A stretch of 64,000 nucleotides of DNA from Octopus vulgaris (taxonomy: Eukaryota). The notes under the pieces are model-generated. The model saw only the letters and a program-made list of their open reading frames with translations, had not been told where the DNA came from and made no database searches. Every line of letters starts with the position of its first letter. Position 1 is the first letter of the stretch. A program made the position numbers and the translations under genes. Location of the stretch: the NCBI GenBank assembly GCA_951406725.2, contig OX597821.1, positions 2,852,001-2,916,000 on the forward strand, written 5' to 3'. This document shows, in pieces, positions 41,859 through 55,007 of the stretch.

Positions 41859-42129
41859 CTTACATAAATGCATGCATATATACGTACACAAACACACGTT
41901 TGTGAATGTGTTAATTTGAGTATGTGTGTGTGTGTGCATCTATGTGTATACATAATTCATAGACGCATATATGTACGCACAAACGGATTCTTTTGAAATT
42001 AGATTTATTTCTTTTGAGCGAAACATTTACTTTCATAAATGTTTGTGAATTATATGACTGAAGGACATGCTTGCTTCGCAATTTCCAATTTTGATTCAGA
42101 GAAAATTTAAAATGAATTTATTGCGACTG

Positions 42130-42780
42130 GTTGTTCTTTTTGCGTATATCAATATACACCGAAATATTTCAATTTACCCTGAATACAGAAGAAGCATATG
42201 CATCTAAATGGAATAGCCAAGCGCTGGACGTAATCCCTCCCAGAAATTACTGGTTTAGTGGCTATAGCGAAAGAGATAGTATAGTGGATCCGTTTGAAAG
42301 GGCTGAAGACAGGCACTTTCATGTTTGGCCAAGTCCTCATCATTTTCAAAAGGAAGTTGAAAGTGGAGAGGGAAGTGTTAACTTCTAGCAAGTTTGTTCA
42401 AGGGTGGGTGGCACTTTCATCTCTGGCCAAGCCCTCATCAACTTCAAAAGGAAGTTGAGGGTGCAGAGGGAAGTTTTGACTTGTAGCAAGATTGTTGAAA
42501 GGTGGGTGAATGTTGGAAGAATGGTAAGTGTGAACGGACCAATTCTGAGCGTGTACATGTAAAAATAAACGAAGGGTTTTTGCCCTGTTGTTCAGGCACC
42601 CGTGGTTTTTTGTGGGGCTTTTCACGCGGTCCTATTGGGAGTTTTAATTTGTTTAATTTTTAAATATTTATATTGTTTACACGTTGTAAAAAAACATTGT
42701 ATCGTTTTGGTTTTGTCTTATATGTTATTGTATGTCTTTTAATGTAATTCTATGTGACCCCTTGTGGCCAATAAAAGAAT
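42130..42780 (+). mobile_element. 3' end of L1/Tx1-like LINE with 98-bp internal tandem duplication
   Basis: RLKGLKTGTFM..; KRKLRVQREVLTCSKIVERWVNVGRMVSVNGPILSVYM*; T-rich 3'UTR, AATAAA, then (TTA)n. Confidence 0.7.
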
Positions 42781-42782
42781 GA

Positions 42783-42801
42783 ATTATCATTATTATTATT
42801 A

Positions 42802-42890
<89 letters not shown>

Positions 42891-42922
42891 TTTATAAAAT
42901 AACGTTATAAATGATGATGATG

Positions 42923-42970
<48 letters not shown>

Positions 42971-42978
42971 TAATAACA
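42783..42978. repeat. Convergent (TTA)n and (TAA)n arrays
   Basis: Direct observation. Confidence 0.97.
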
Positions 42979-43459
42979 ATTCATTCTTTTATTGGCCACA
43001 AAGACTCATATAAATTACATTAAAACACATACAACAATATCAAATTATTATTATTACTATTCAAAATTATTCTTGTTAGTATTTCGGAGCCAATAATAAA
43101 CTGAGCACCTGCGAGACACTGGGATCGATGTAATCGATTATCACTCTCTTATCAAATTCCAAGCGTTGTGCCTATAATAGAAAGGTTCTTATTATTATCG
43201 TGGTTTCTTTCAATTGTGCTCCTATTTCTTACCGTGCATCTTCCCGACATTTAAGGCAAAGAAACTCACGAATACATTGGCAGGTCATTAAAATAAGGAT
43301 ACCAGATTGTTCATTTACAAATTTATGTGATAGGAAAAAGGAGATAAAGAAAAAAAGATAGACCAGAAAAAGAATGAAAGAAAAAGGAAAAACAAAAATG
43401 GAAACAAAAAAAAGAAGAAAAAAGAAGAAAAAATATAAAGAAAAGAGAAAAGAGATAAA

Positions 43460-43990
43460 GACGCCATCAGGATGCCGAAATCCAGCAGATAATCAAAAAT
43501 GATCCCAAGATGTCGACAAGCACAGTTGCACGTGTGAAATATGTGGGTGAAAATCAGATGACGCTGGAGGACATTCGCTACATTTCATGAGGCTATGAAG
43601 CATGGAAGACAAACTGATCAATAACATGAAACGCGCTTGAGCTGGACATGAGAAGAATTTCTTAAAAGCTGAGCGACGTGATTAAACCTTGGCTAGATCG
43701 GGTAGATGTAGGGAACCTGTAACTGTGGCAGCAAGACTCTGGGCCTTACCACACCAGCTGGTAGACCTAGGTAGGCTTAGCTGTAAGAGTATTTGTTAGG
43801 TCACAGAGCACTTGACATTTGGCCTCCCAACTCATCTGACGGCAAAACCTCGACTTTTGTGGAGAGTCATGGAACGAGAGAAAAAGAAATCCAGCTGCAA
43901 TACGAGGGCGATCTGAGGGCCAGTATTACCAAGCCCTTCATGGACATAAAACGGGATTGTCATCGAGGTCAAAAGCAGGTTCATCGAGTG
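43460..43990 (+). mobile_element. Degenerate DD37D/maT-like transposase relic
   Basis: VIKPWLD, WQQDSGPYH, DIWPPNSSD motifs. Confidence 0.65.
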
Positions 43991-44240
43991 AGAGCGATAG
44001 AACATGTCATATAAACTTATAAATCCCTCCCGCCAAAAGAAAAAAAAAGGAAGAACATTCCTGAGACAGGAATTTGTAAAGAAGGTACGTTCGAAAAGGA
44101 GATTAGAAATTCATTTCTACTTACAATCAAGACGTTCATGTCTTCTTTCTCTCTTTATTGCCCTTTTCCCCGGAACCATATACCGAAGCACACATAGATC
44201 TATGCACATGAAAACTCTGTACACTGAACGGTTTCATTTG

Positions 44241-44283
<43 letters not shown>

Positions 44284-44876
44284 ATATTGTCCCCATTCAA
44301 ACGAACCATGGATATACATGCATAAATTAATTTCTTTAAGTGCTTAATCTGAACTTTACCTTCTTTAAAATTAAACACATTTGCAGTACTCTGAACTTTA
44401 GCATTTATTTGCACTCTATTCTAATGAATGTATTTTGCTACATACAAATTGCTTGACATTCAACCAGACATCACGATTGCTAAACCGTGGTAGATATCAA
44501 AAAAAAAAAAAGAAAAAAAGCTACAGCAAGTAAATGACTAAAACAAAATAGAAAAGATTTCGAAACACATTGAGATTTGGAAAGATTATATCAAATGTCA
44601 GAGTAAATTGGATTGATTTTCACCGCTGAAATTTAATTTCCTGCTTTAAATTATGCAATACATATATCTATATCGATCTGTTGTAATGCTTTCATCACGA
44701 CCTCTGCACACATATGAAGAGATACACATTCGGTTACTCACACACATGTGGACATACATATATGGTCACGCGTGCACAGGAAAACACGTATGTGTTTGTG
44801 TATGCATGTATGTATGAATGTATATAGGTACATATGTGTATATATATATATATATAATTATATGGCTCTCTCTCTG

Positions 44877-44956
<80 letters not shown>

Positions 44957-44980
44957 TGGAGAAAGAGAGAGACAGATACA

Positions 44981-45022
<42 letters not shown>

Positions 45023-45134
45023 TACATAATATGCATATGAATGTGTGTGAGCGTATGTGCGTGCGTTTCTTTGATTATGTGTATATGTACATATATATAT
45101 ATATACACACATATAAATTCACATATATATATAT

Positions 45135-45196
<62 letters not shown>

Positions 45197-45639
45197 ATAT
45201 GTATATACGGTGATACGTATTCATATAAATACATATATAGTTATATACACCCCCACATATACGTACACACGTACGCACATATATATATCAATACACACTC
45301 CCACACATGTGTATGTTTATAATTATTTATGTTATGTATGTGATCTATTGTCTACCTCTTCCTCTTTTCAACAGTAACAACGCTCAATCATACTGGCTAT
45401 CGGAATATAACAGAATGTAGCATCAGATATATCAAGTAAGATAACAGCTACATATCTCCTGAGATTGCTTTACATATTTATCTTCTCTTTCGGCTTCATA
45501 TTGCTTCGACATGCAACATATTACGGCCACTTATTAGGAACCCGATCAATACGAGCATAAAGATGAAATTACGGTTATTATATATACATATGTACATTCA
45601 TGCACACATATGTATATTTACATATCTTACTTCACATAA

Positions 45640-45711
45640 ATATAAATAAAAATACACTTATATTCCTATTTAGAGACCAATTTGTCCTGCTAGAAAGAAA
45701 TATATATACAT

Positions 45712-45765
<54 letters not shown>

Positions 45766-46690
45766 ATATATTCGTTGCATTGTGGTTATTTGATGCAATA
45801 TATATATTGTTTTTGTTTTGCAATTCATATTTGTTTTCACTTGTATTTACTTCCCATTTTTGAGTCTTTCGCTTGTCCCTTGCTCAATTTATTCACATGT
45901 CCCACGACAGGGGTCTCTTCAGATGGTTACTTCCATCGTTTCTTTTTCGAATCTGAATCTCGCCTTTGTTAGGAGTCTCTTGAGTTTAGGTGGTTGTCTG
46001 CGACTGTTGATAATTTGTGGTTTTTCAATTATTCGTTGGAGATTTCGTGATTGACCTAGAATTGTGTTGGGGGGGGGGGGGGTTTCGATGATGTTGTGGT
46101 TTCTAGGATTGCGGGTGTCTACAAACGGAAAATTTGTATTTGAATTTGTAACTTACACTCCTGCGTTGCATGTTTCTCCATTTGTTAGAGATCGGGATTG
46201 TCTTTGCGTTTGTTATGCTATGTTGAATTAACTTGTGATATTTTTTGTTTCTCAAGGAATATATTAAGTTCTGCCAGTTCTTTCTCTCGTTTATCAGTAT
46301 CTGAGTCTATTGAGCATATGTCTATTTCCATATTAAATGGTCTGTTCCTTTTTGCATGGGAAGATCTAAATATTGGTGTGTGTCTGTGTCCTTGTAGTAG
46401 AGGTCAGTTGTAACTGTCTCATTTTCTTTAATTATAAGGGGGAGTTCATGTTCATTCATTTCTATAATGAATTGGATTGAGACATGAATGCTATTTATTA
46501 ATCTCAGAAATTTAGTAAGGTGCTCATTAATTCGGTTCCAAAATAGAAAGCAGTCATCTAAGAATATTTTCCAGTTTCCTATAAGGTATGTTTTGAAGTT
46601 GTGGTCAAAAGTAGTTCTGGATAGACTGTAGATTTTTCTTCTAGAATCCCCATTACTAGTGTGGAAAATATTGGTACGAGTTTCGTCGCC
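45640..46690 (-). mobile_element. Degenerate Penelope-like element: RT fragment plus 3' pLTR
   Basis: WKIFLDDCFLFW...SIQFIIE...LP...TDLYYKDTDTHQYL; CTGAAGA...GAAAgacTC at 45853-45926; (TA)n at both ends. Confidence 0.85.
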
Positions 46691-46714
46691 ATTGCGGTGC
46701 ATATATATATATAT

Positions 46715-46860
46715 AAATGTGAAATTCTTAGTAATAAGGTATTTCATAAATTCCTTCTTAGGTGGGACTGGAATGTCTTTCAGTGACATGCCAACATCTC
46801 CATTAATACCAGAGAAACTCCGTATAATATTACTCTAGTTAAATAAGAATATAAAGTACC
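46715..46860 (-). mobile_element. N-terminal fragment of a second PLE
   Basis: MSLKDIPVPPKKEFMKYLITK resembles the SLKNIP.P....Y...LI.K N-terminus of PLE ORFs of the type at 62-64 kb (recalled motif). Confidence 0.5.
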
Positions 46861-47479
46861 AAACTGAGGATAAGAAATCCATTTCACTGTTGCGTCAGTT
46901 CGATAACATATAAGTATTGGTATAATTCAATAATAAAGATAAATTAAATATAGAGATATTCTTTGGACATTCAATAATTTATTTATAGTACAATATTACA
47001 TTAAATGGTATGAATATAATACATAGCATAACATAATGTTATATAAATAATTATAAAATTCCTAAAAGTCCAATACGTATAATCACTGTTCAGTTATATA
47101 TAAGTAACTTCAGGCTCAATTCGGTTCAGAAATACGAAACTCTGTCTGGAAAGGGCGTCTGGGTTCTGAAAATTAATTCAAATGTATGTGTTATGAGCGT
47201 GAGCGTTAATTATTAAATCTTATATCAATTGCAATTAAAACACAACACAAAATTACCTATAAGACGAATAATGTTAAAACGTATACGTCTGGTATTAAGC
47301 TGATAATAAGATATTAAAAATCGTAAGTAAATATTGAAACCCACGGATATTAATAGAAAAAACATGTATAAACAGAAACAGAAACGGGCATATCCTGAGC
47401 GAAAACTAAGATGTAATGGTCAGAGCATTCATTCTAATTCGCTGTAAATCACAGATAAAACATTGACTATATACAGACT

Positions 47480-48090
47480 AAATCTAAAATCCGTTCAGTC
47501 GAAGTCGACTCTCGGTTACTCAAGGGATCAGTGTTCTCCAGCGAGTTCTATCCTGGGTCGCTTCTTTCAGATTGACTATGGTCATTCCTGGGTCACTCTT
47601 GATGGTGTCAAGCCAGTGGGTTCTTGGTCGGCCTCTTCCTCTCTTGACTCTGACCATTCCGAGCATGATGTCCTTTGCCAGGGATTTTTTCCGCATGATA
47701 TGACCAAAATATGCTAATCTATCCTTGGTGATCATACCTTCTAGCGACAGGTTCGGCTTGATCTGGCTAAGAACTTCTCCATTAGTGAGCCTCGCTGGCC
47801 GTAAAAGTTTTCTCCAACACCAAAGCTCGAATGCATTAATTCTCTTCTGGTCAGATTTCTTTAGTGTTGAGGTCTCGCATCCATATGTTGCTATAGGGAA
47901 GACGATTGCATTCACCAAACTGCATTTGGTAGCGAGGCTGATGTCTCTACTCTCCGAGACCTTGCTCATGCTGACCATTGCCTCTCTGAGTAGTACTACC
48001 CGCCGCCTTATTTCTGGAGTGCAGTTAGCATCTCGATTTATTTTGGAGCCAATGTAGATGAAATCATCAACCACTTCGATCTCTTCATTA
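47480..48090 (-). mobile_element. 3' end of RTE/BovB-like LINE
   Basis: IEVVDDFIYIGS, VFPIATYGCE, INAFELWCWRKLL, YFGHIMR, RGRGRPRTHWLD; gagtcgacttcgactga terminal stem-loop. Confidence 0.93.
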
Positions 48091-48114
48091 TGTATATACA
48101 CACACACACCCATA

Positions 48115-48184
<70 letters not shown>

Positions 48185-48189
<5 letters not shown>

Positions 48190-48350
48190 CAAATATAACT
48201 TCAGCGTGGAAGTTGTTCTATAAGCCATTTAAAAATACACAAAAACCGTTAAATTCACTTCAACATTTAGATTTCAGTTGCCAAAATATTTTCGTCGCTC
48301 TGACACCGCGACCTGTCACTGACAAAATTCTGTGCTATACAAATACATCT
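48185..48350 (-). mobile_element. PLE pLTR-like fragment with HHR-like fold (48278-48325) in (TA)n
   Basis: Minus: ttgtca-GTGACA-g-gtcgc ggtgtcaga gcgac-GAAA-atat-TT-tggcaa; homolog at 7078. Confidence 0.65.
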
Positions 48351-48353
48351 CCG

Positions 48354-48405
<52 letters not shown>

Positions 48406-48817
48406 GCGCTGCGGAAGCACTCTTTCGCCCTCCACCCACGGTATGCTATAATAGTGATTGCTTTCCACACCAAGCGGACAATTTCAAAATCACAGAACAT
48501 GGCCAGATGCCGCAGGCGTCCCTTTCCATCTTGATCTATTGTAAAAGCCTCGTGGTATGACAATTTTTCCCGTTTCGCGACGGGACGCTCCTCATATAGG
48601 ATCTCAAAGCGGCAGCTTTGAAGATTCAGCTACCCACCCAAATCCTGCTGCTTGTTAGTCTGAGAAAAGGAAACTGTCAAAATATCGGTCGATCTTTGAA
48701 AAGTACAAGGTCAATCCCATGGCAGTAATTGACGTTGTTGTAAAAGAGATAATTTGTTTTCTTCGAGCGTATGGACTACAGGACTTACAGAAAATTGTAT
48801 TGAGTGTCTCGTATACG

Positions 48818-48863
<46 letters not shown>

Positions 48864-49159
48864 TCTCTTATATTGTCTCACTCCGCTACTTCTACCAATC
48901 TCCATTCAGCTCACATATGTATAATATTGAAATTCAATGACTGAGACTTGAGTTCGAAGTGAGGAATGTATGTGTGTGTTTGTGGGTGTGTTTGTGAGTG
49001 TACGTGTCTGTGTGTATACATCTATGAACGACAGGTCAACACAGCGATAATTATTTGTCCATTTCCATTATTTATATACATACACACAGGCAATCACATA
49101 TATTCGTATATGTATGTATATTTATATATGTATGTATATAAATATGCATACACTCATAG

Positions 49160-49191
<32 letters not shown>

Positions 49192-49219
49192 AGATATATA
49201 CATACATATATATATATTG

Positions 49220-49287
<68 letters not shown>

Positions 49288-50146
49288 CATGTACGTATTT
49301 GCACATATACTTCTTTCGAGTGAAATATCTGATTACGAATTCACAATTGATTCTAAGATAACACCATTCTTCCTAAAGAAGACTCTCAAGTCATACTGAA
49401 ATAATAATGAAATATGCGCCGTGCATCAGATTTCTATTCAACGCTGTTTTGATATCCTCTTCTATTGAAGATATTTTCAATGAGGGCTTCTAGAATATTT
49501 TCATATATCATAGATTTGTTTAGTTTGCTGCTATGTTATAATTATGCAGTGGTATTTTGAAATGCTAATGATTTTTGTAAACAAATATAATTGACGTTGT
49601 TGTAAAAGAGATAATTTGTTTTCTATTCATTAATATTAGAGTATAACAATACATTATATATATATATATATATATATATATCTTTGATTGAAAATGATGT
49701 TGATGTTCCCCAGGTTTCGTGAACATGAAACAACGGAAGGACAAAAGTGATTATTGAGAATATCGCCAAAATGACTGGTAAATGAAAACAGATAGGAAAT
49801 TAAAAATACTCGTCATGATAAAGAAAATATTATTTCTTATCGTTGGCGAGTGATATATAGATATCAACAAATTTATTGTGAACTTGTGGCAGCAATAAAT
49901 AATAGCAATATTATATTTGTGTACAATTTCTTATTTATTCAATAAATATTTACTTGCTTGTATAGAGTTGTTTCATATTTGTACATTTAGGTATCTATAT
50001 ATATATATACATACGTACATATAAACACACACTCGCACATTGACACTCCCCCACATAGACATATGCATAGACACATACGTACATGTGTGTTTGTGTATGC
50101 CTGTGTATATATGTATGTGAATTTATAATATATATATATATATATA

Positions 50147-50584
50147 AGTTCAGCAAAAATTTAGATTCAGATGAATATGGTACTTAATTTAGATGCACCA
50201 GCAAAATGTGTATGATGTTATCTATAAAAATACGTGGGGTGATTATAATCAAAATAAGCAACAAGAATGACTCTGGTAATTTGGTACAATCGTTTCGTTC
50301 TACATCATTTTGTTAAATGTTGTAAGTATTACAACAGATTTAAGAAGGACTTCACTACCTCATATGTTCTTAAAATTTAAATCCACATCTTTGTCTGTAT
50401 ATCTACCTTCTCTATAATGTTGCCACTTGATTTGAAAATTTTTGTATTAATGAAAAACCTCTATAATTGGCTGATGAGTACTCAGCTTCTTAAATCTGTT
50501 GTAATACTTACAACATTTAACAAAATGATGTAGTACGAAACGATTGTACCAAATTACCAGAGTCATTCTTGTTGCTTATTTTGA

Positions 50585-50586
<2 letters not shown>
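50147..50586. mobile_element. Fold-back PLE-derived mini-element in (TA)n
   Basis: About 100-bp inverted arms 50249-50348 / 50486-50585, about 100-nt tail on the left, TA flanks. Confidence 0.8.
50467..50552 (+). ncRNA. Type-I hammerhead ribozyme motif with extended stem II
   Basis: ttgg-CTGATGA-gtact...agtac-GAAA-cgattg-TA-ccaa; internal hairpin tgttgtaa/ttacaaca. Confidence 0.82.
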
Positions 50587-50637
<51 letters not shown>

Positions 50638-50745
50638 TATACATATATATATGTATAAACACACATATATATACATACATACATATATGTATATCTATCT
50701 ATATATATAGAGAGAGAGTGAGAAAGATATATAGATAGATTAATT

Positions 50746-50791
<46 letters not shown>

Positions 50792-51694
50792 CACTGAGAC
50801 ACAGCGACACATATGCAAAACATGAAGGCTTGAGAAAGTAATGCATTGCAGATACCTCATCTTATGAAAGTATCTTTTGGAGCTCTTCTTGGTTTGTTTC
50901 TTTTATGTATCAGAGGTATGTGTGTGCATTACACAGTTTATTCAAATAGACACCATTGCAGCATTAGGTGCCCTGATGTTTCGTAGATGCCAAACAACTT
51001 ATCAATAAATTATTCGAGTTTACATTCAGTTATTTTCGTCGTGAGGGAAGTTTAGTTTTGTTCGCTATATATGGTAGTTTTCAAGAATAATTTCGGATTA
51101 TCATATTTAGGGACCTGGTACGCTGTGACGCAAGTCTCTGTCTCTTATTAGTTGATATATATTTTGGGGCCATCAACTTATCCTGCTCTGAATATTCGTA
51201 GTTTCCTAATTATTCATTTCGGCATAAATCCCCTCCCATGGTGGACTATCGTGATGCTATTGACTTTGTATCGAAAGTTAAACAGAAGTGAGAATTGTAA
51301 CATATTTGTAAGAGCTACTTGTTCTCCAACATGCAATGAAACAGTTAGAATTTGACAGAAACGAACTTCACGCTATATTCAAACAGCATCGTACGCCCGC
51401 ACACGCACGTACACCCAAAAGAACACGCACGCACACACACACAGAGAAAAGAACAGAAACATAGAAGAGGTAGGTAAAGAATAAAATTGCTCAAATAGAA
51501 TATTATTATTATCCTTTTACAAAATTGAATATTTTCAAAAATTACTATAATATATGTTTAATATTAAATTTAGAAAAATTGGTATTTGGGCTATATTTAT
51601 TGTTTCGCAAAATACAAGTTGCTTCATACATGTATATCTACGTTTTCTTTGTTTAACCTTTTCATCTGTGTATTGGCATATATATATATATATA

Positions 51695-51750
51695 TAGGCT
51701 CGAAACGTAAAAGACTTTTTTCTATTCCTGAGCGCTATACTAATACATAT
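51695..51750 (+). mobile_element. Truncated pLTR of the 6515 family (3' half of HHR)
   Basis: taggctcGAAAcgTAaaaga...gagcgctatactaataca fused to (TA)n. Confidence 0.65.
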
Positions 51751-51759
51751 ATACATATA

Positions 51760-51965
51760 CATAAGGAAAATAAGGCAAGGTAGAGGATGCTACAATAATT
51801 TTTTTATCATAAAGAACATTTTCGTACCAGTTTCAGTCATTGCGACTTTTTCAACTTAGAGTAAAACATGAAAAACGATGAAATTGTGAGAAAATTAAAT
51901 GAAATATTTTAAAAAAGATATATCCATAGTTTTCAAATGCAAGTGATATTTTAATTTTTACTGTC
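51760..51965 (-). mobile_element. PLE pLTR-like fragment with variant HHR (51822-51857)
   Basis: Minus: TTGAAAA-agtc gcaat gact-GAAA-ctgg-TA-c. Confidence 0.5.
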
Positions 51966-52134
51966 TGTCTCTTATATGTATGTATATATACATGTATGTA
52001 AGTATGTATGTATATATACATATATATACATATATATATATACATATATATATACATATATATATACATATATATACATATATATATATAACTTAGATAA
52101 ACTTAGATATGTTTCGACCAAAGATTGGTCCAGG

Positions 52135-52777
52135 CCATGTCTAACTTAATAGCACCACCTGATAGAATTATTCGAATCCCGTTTAAGTCAAGTTTTGTTC
52201 AAGTAGTGAGTTCTTGTTGGGTGAGTTGTATCCAATTATGGGTGGCTTATCTGGTATTCTTTGAAATAATCTATCCAGACTCTGTTTAAAGTTGATGGGA
52301 TCCTTTTCCTCTTTGATCTCCCTCGGGACAATGTTAAATAGGGCAGGGCCTGTTGAGGAAAAGAAATAATGTTGCAGTGTACATGTATGTTGTGATCTTG
52401 AATTGGGCAGGGGACGTATAGCCCGTGGTCCAAGTCTTGGATGAACCTTGAAGCTAATGTTTAGGTCGTTTGGGCAAAGTTGGCGGTATATTTTCCACAT
52501 CGTACAAATGATGTACCGCTCACGGCGACGCTGGAGGGAGTAAAGTTTCAAGGCTTTAAGGCGATCCCAATAATCGAGAGCAGCCATGCCTTCAATTTGT
52601 TTAGTGAGTGCCCTCTGGGGTGACTCAATTCTGGAGATGTTTTGTCTTGTGTGAGGAGACCACAGTGGTCAGCAGTATTCAAGGTGTGGCCGTACAAAGG
52701 AGGAAAAAAGTCGTATGATGGCACCTTGTTCTCTGGACCGGAAAGTTGTTAAGATCCAGGAACTCATCCTACGAGCT
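52135..52777 (-). mobile_element. 3' end of CR1/L2-group LINE
   Basis: FVRPHLEYC..WSP, YWDRLKALKLYSLQRRRERYII, HPRLG, GPALFNIVP. Confidence 0.85.
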
Positions 52778-53105
52778 ATATACATATATATACATATATT
52801 GATTGATATACGTGTATATATCAATGGCTATTTACTTATCAACCGAGTAATACAAATAGTGCATACTAGTTAGACATGGCAATGAATGTTGATAATATAT
52901 TATTAATTTTAAATATTATGGTCAGTTGGTGACGTGCATATAGCTTGTTACAAATAATAACAACGAGATATATTTATGATATTAGAATAACAACGATGGC
53001 TGAATTTAGGAAATAAATATAAGAAACTAGCCATAAATATAAGAAACACACAAACATACAAATTTCTCTATTCCTCTGTTTCTGTTTCCTTTTTCCTCTA
53101 CCTAC

Positions 53106-53243
<138 letters not shown>

Positions 53244-53251
53244 ATATATAT

Positions 53252-53359
53252 AAAGGGAAAGTTTACGAAAATTAACAAAAGACGAAGGCAGGTGGAGTAC
53301 AAACAAACAATTGTATTAGTATAGTGCTCAGGAATAGAAAAACTCTTTTACGTTTCGAG

Positions 53360-53363
<4 letters not shown>
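53252..53363 (-). mobile_element. Truncated pLTR of the 6515 family in (TA)n
   Basis: Reverse complement of taggctcgaaacgtaaaaga...cacctgccttcgtcttttg. Confidence 0.7.
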
Positions 53364-53391
<28 letters not shown>

Positions 53392-53393
<2 letters not shown>

Positions 53394-53562
53394 CGTAGGA
53401 GTGGCTGTGTGGTAAGTAGCTTGTTTACCAACCACATGGTTCCGGGTTCAGTCCCACTGCGTGGCACCTTGGGCAAGTGTCTTCTGCTATCGCCTCGGGC
53501 CGACCAAAGCCTTGTGAGTGGATTTGGTAGACGGAAACTGAAAGAAGCCCGTCGTATATATG

Positions 53563-53597
<35 letters not shown>

Positions 53598-53800
53598 CTG
53601 TGTTTGTTCCCCTAGCATTGCTTGACAACCGATGCTGGTGTGTTTATGTCCCCGTTACTTAGCGGTTCGGCAAAAAGAACCGATATAATAAGTACTGGGC
53701 TTACAAAAGAATAAGTCCCGGGGTCGAGTTGCTCGATTGAAGGCGGTGCTCCAGCATGGCCGCAGTCAAATGACTGAAACAAGTAAAAGAGTAAAATAGT
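53392..53800 (+). mobile_element. Full-length CORE-type tRNA-derived SINE (family A; resembles octopus OR-type SINEs)
   Basis: A box tggctgtgtggtaag, B box ggttcagtccc, CORE-like gcaccttgggcaagtgtcttct, internal (TA)(TG), gtaaaaga tail. Confidence 0.92.
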
Positions 53801-53805
53801 AAACA

Positions 53806-53872
<67 letters not shown>

Positions 53873-54794
53873 TCTCTTTCTAGATACGAATACATACATA
53901 TACATAAACACGCTTGAAATTTTGAAACTGTATAAGTTTAGATTAAACATTTTCATGTAATGTTATATCTATACCTAATAATTTAATTATACATTTACAT
54001 GTATAAATATTGTCAGGACGATAGGAATGAGTAAATAGCCGAGGTTTTATGTCGATTAAATGAGAAGGTTCTCTCAAACGCAGATGTAAATTAACAATTC
54101 GTAGTTATGATTAATGCCAATAATCCATACACATGGTGAATAATATCGTTTCTAAGACTGCGTTGAGTGTCTCTAGCTGTGTACTTTGTTTATACAACAG
54201 AATTAATAGAGATGTAATGAAGTGACTATAATGAGAATGTAATTTTGAAATATATGTAAACAAATTTGATAATTCAGTAAGAAAATTGGATATAATTTGT
54301 TGATACTATTGATGATGTTCACGTACGTGATGATGATTATGACAACGACGATGATGATGATAGTAATAAATATGGTGATGATGACGCGACCAAATAATCT
54401 AAAATACGTTGTGGACAGAGTAATATTATCGAGACGCGATTGCAATTCAAGAAATAATTACGTTAATCAAATATCCTAATAATACATACATACATGCCTA
54501 CATATATACCTATCTACATATATATACATATACATACATATATATATATATAGATACATACATACATACATACATACATACATACATACATACATACATA
54601 CATACATACATACATACATAAATATGTGTGTGTGTGTGTAAGTATATAAAAATCATTATAAGGCCAGCTACTGAGTAGCGCCACATGCTAGAAGTAGAGG
54701 CCAAATGGCCCTAAATTTACATTTGTTAATCACATAGAGATAGACTGAAAAACATTTATATATATAAAATCCTATATAAATTTTATTGATACAT

Positions 54795-54848
<54 letters not shown>

Positions 54849-54909
54849 TATATATGTGTGTGTGTGTGTGTGTGTCTATGTGTGTGTGTGTTTATGTGTA
54901 TGTATTATT

Positions 54910-54947
<38 letters not shown>

Positions 54948-55007
54948 GAGGCACGTAGTTACGAACAAACACATATATATGTATACGGTATTAATATAAA
55001 TCATATA

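Noticed and set aside
48405-48720. GC-richer insert as an RTE-like 3' end
   Set aside because: Only vague motif resemblance, not enough to call
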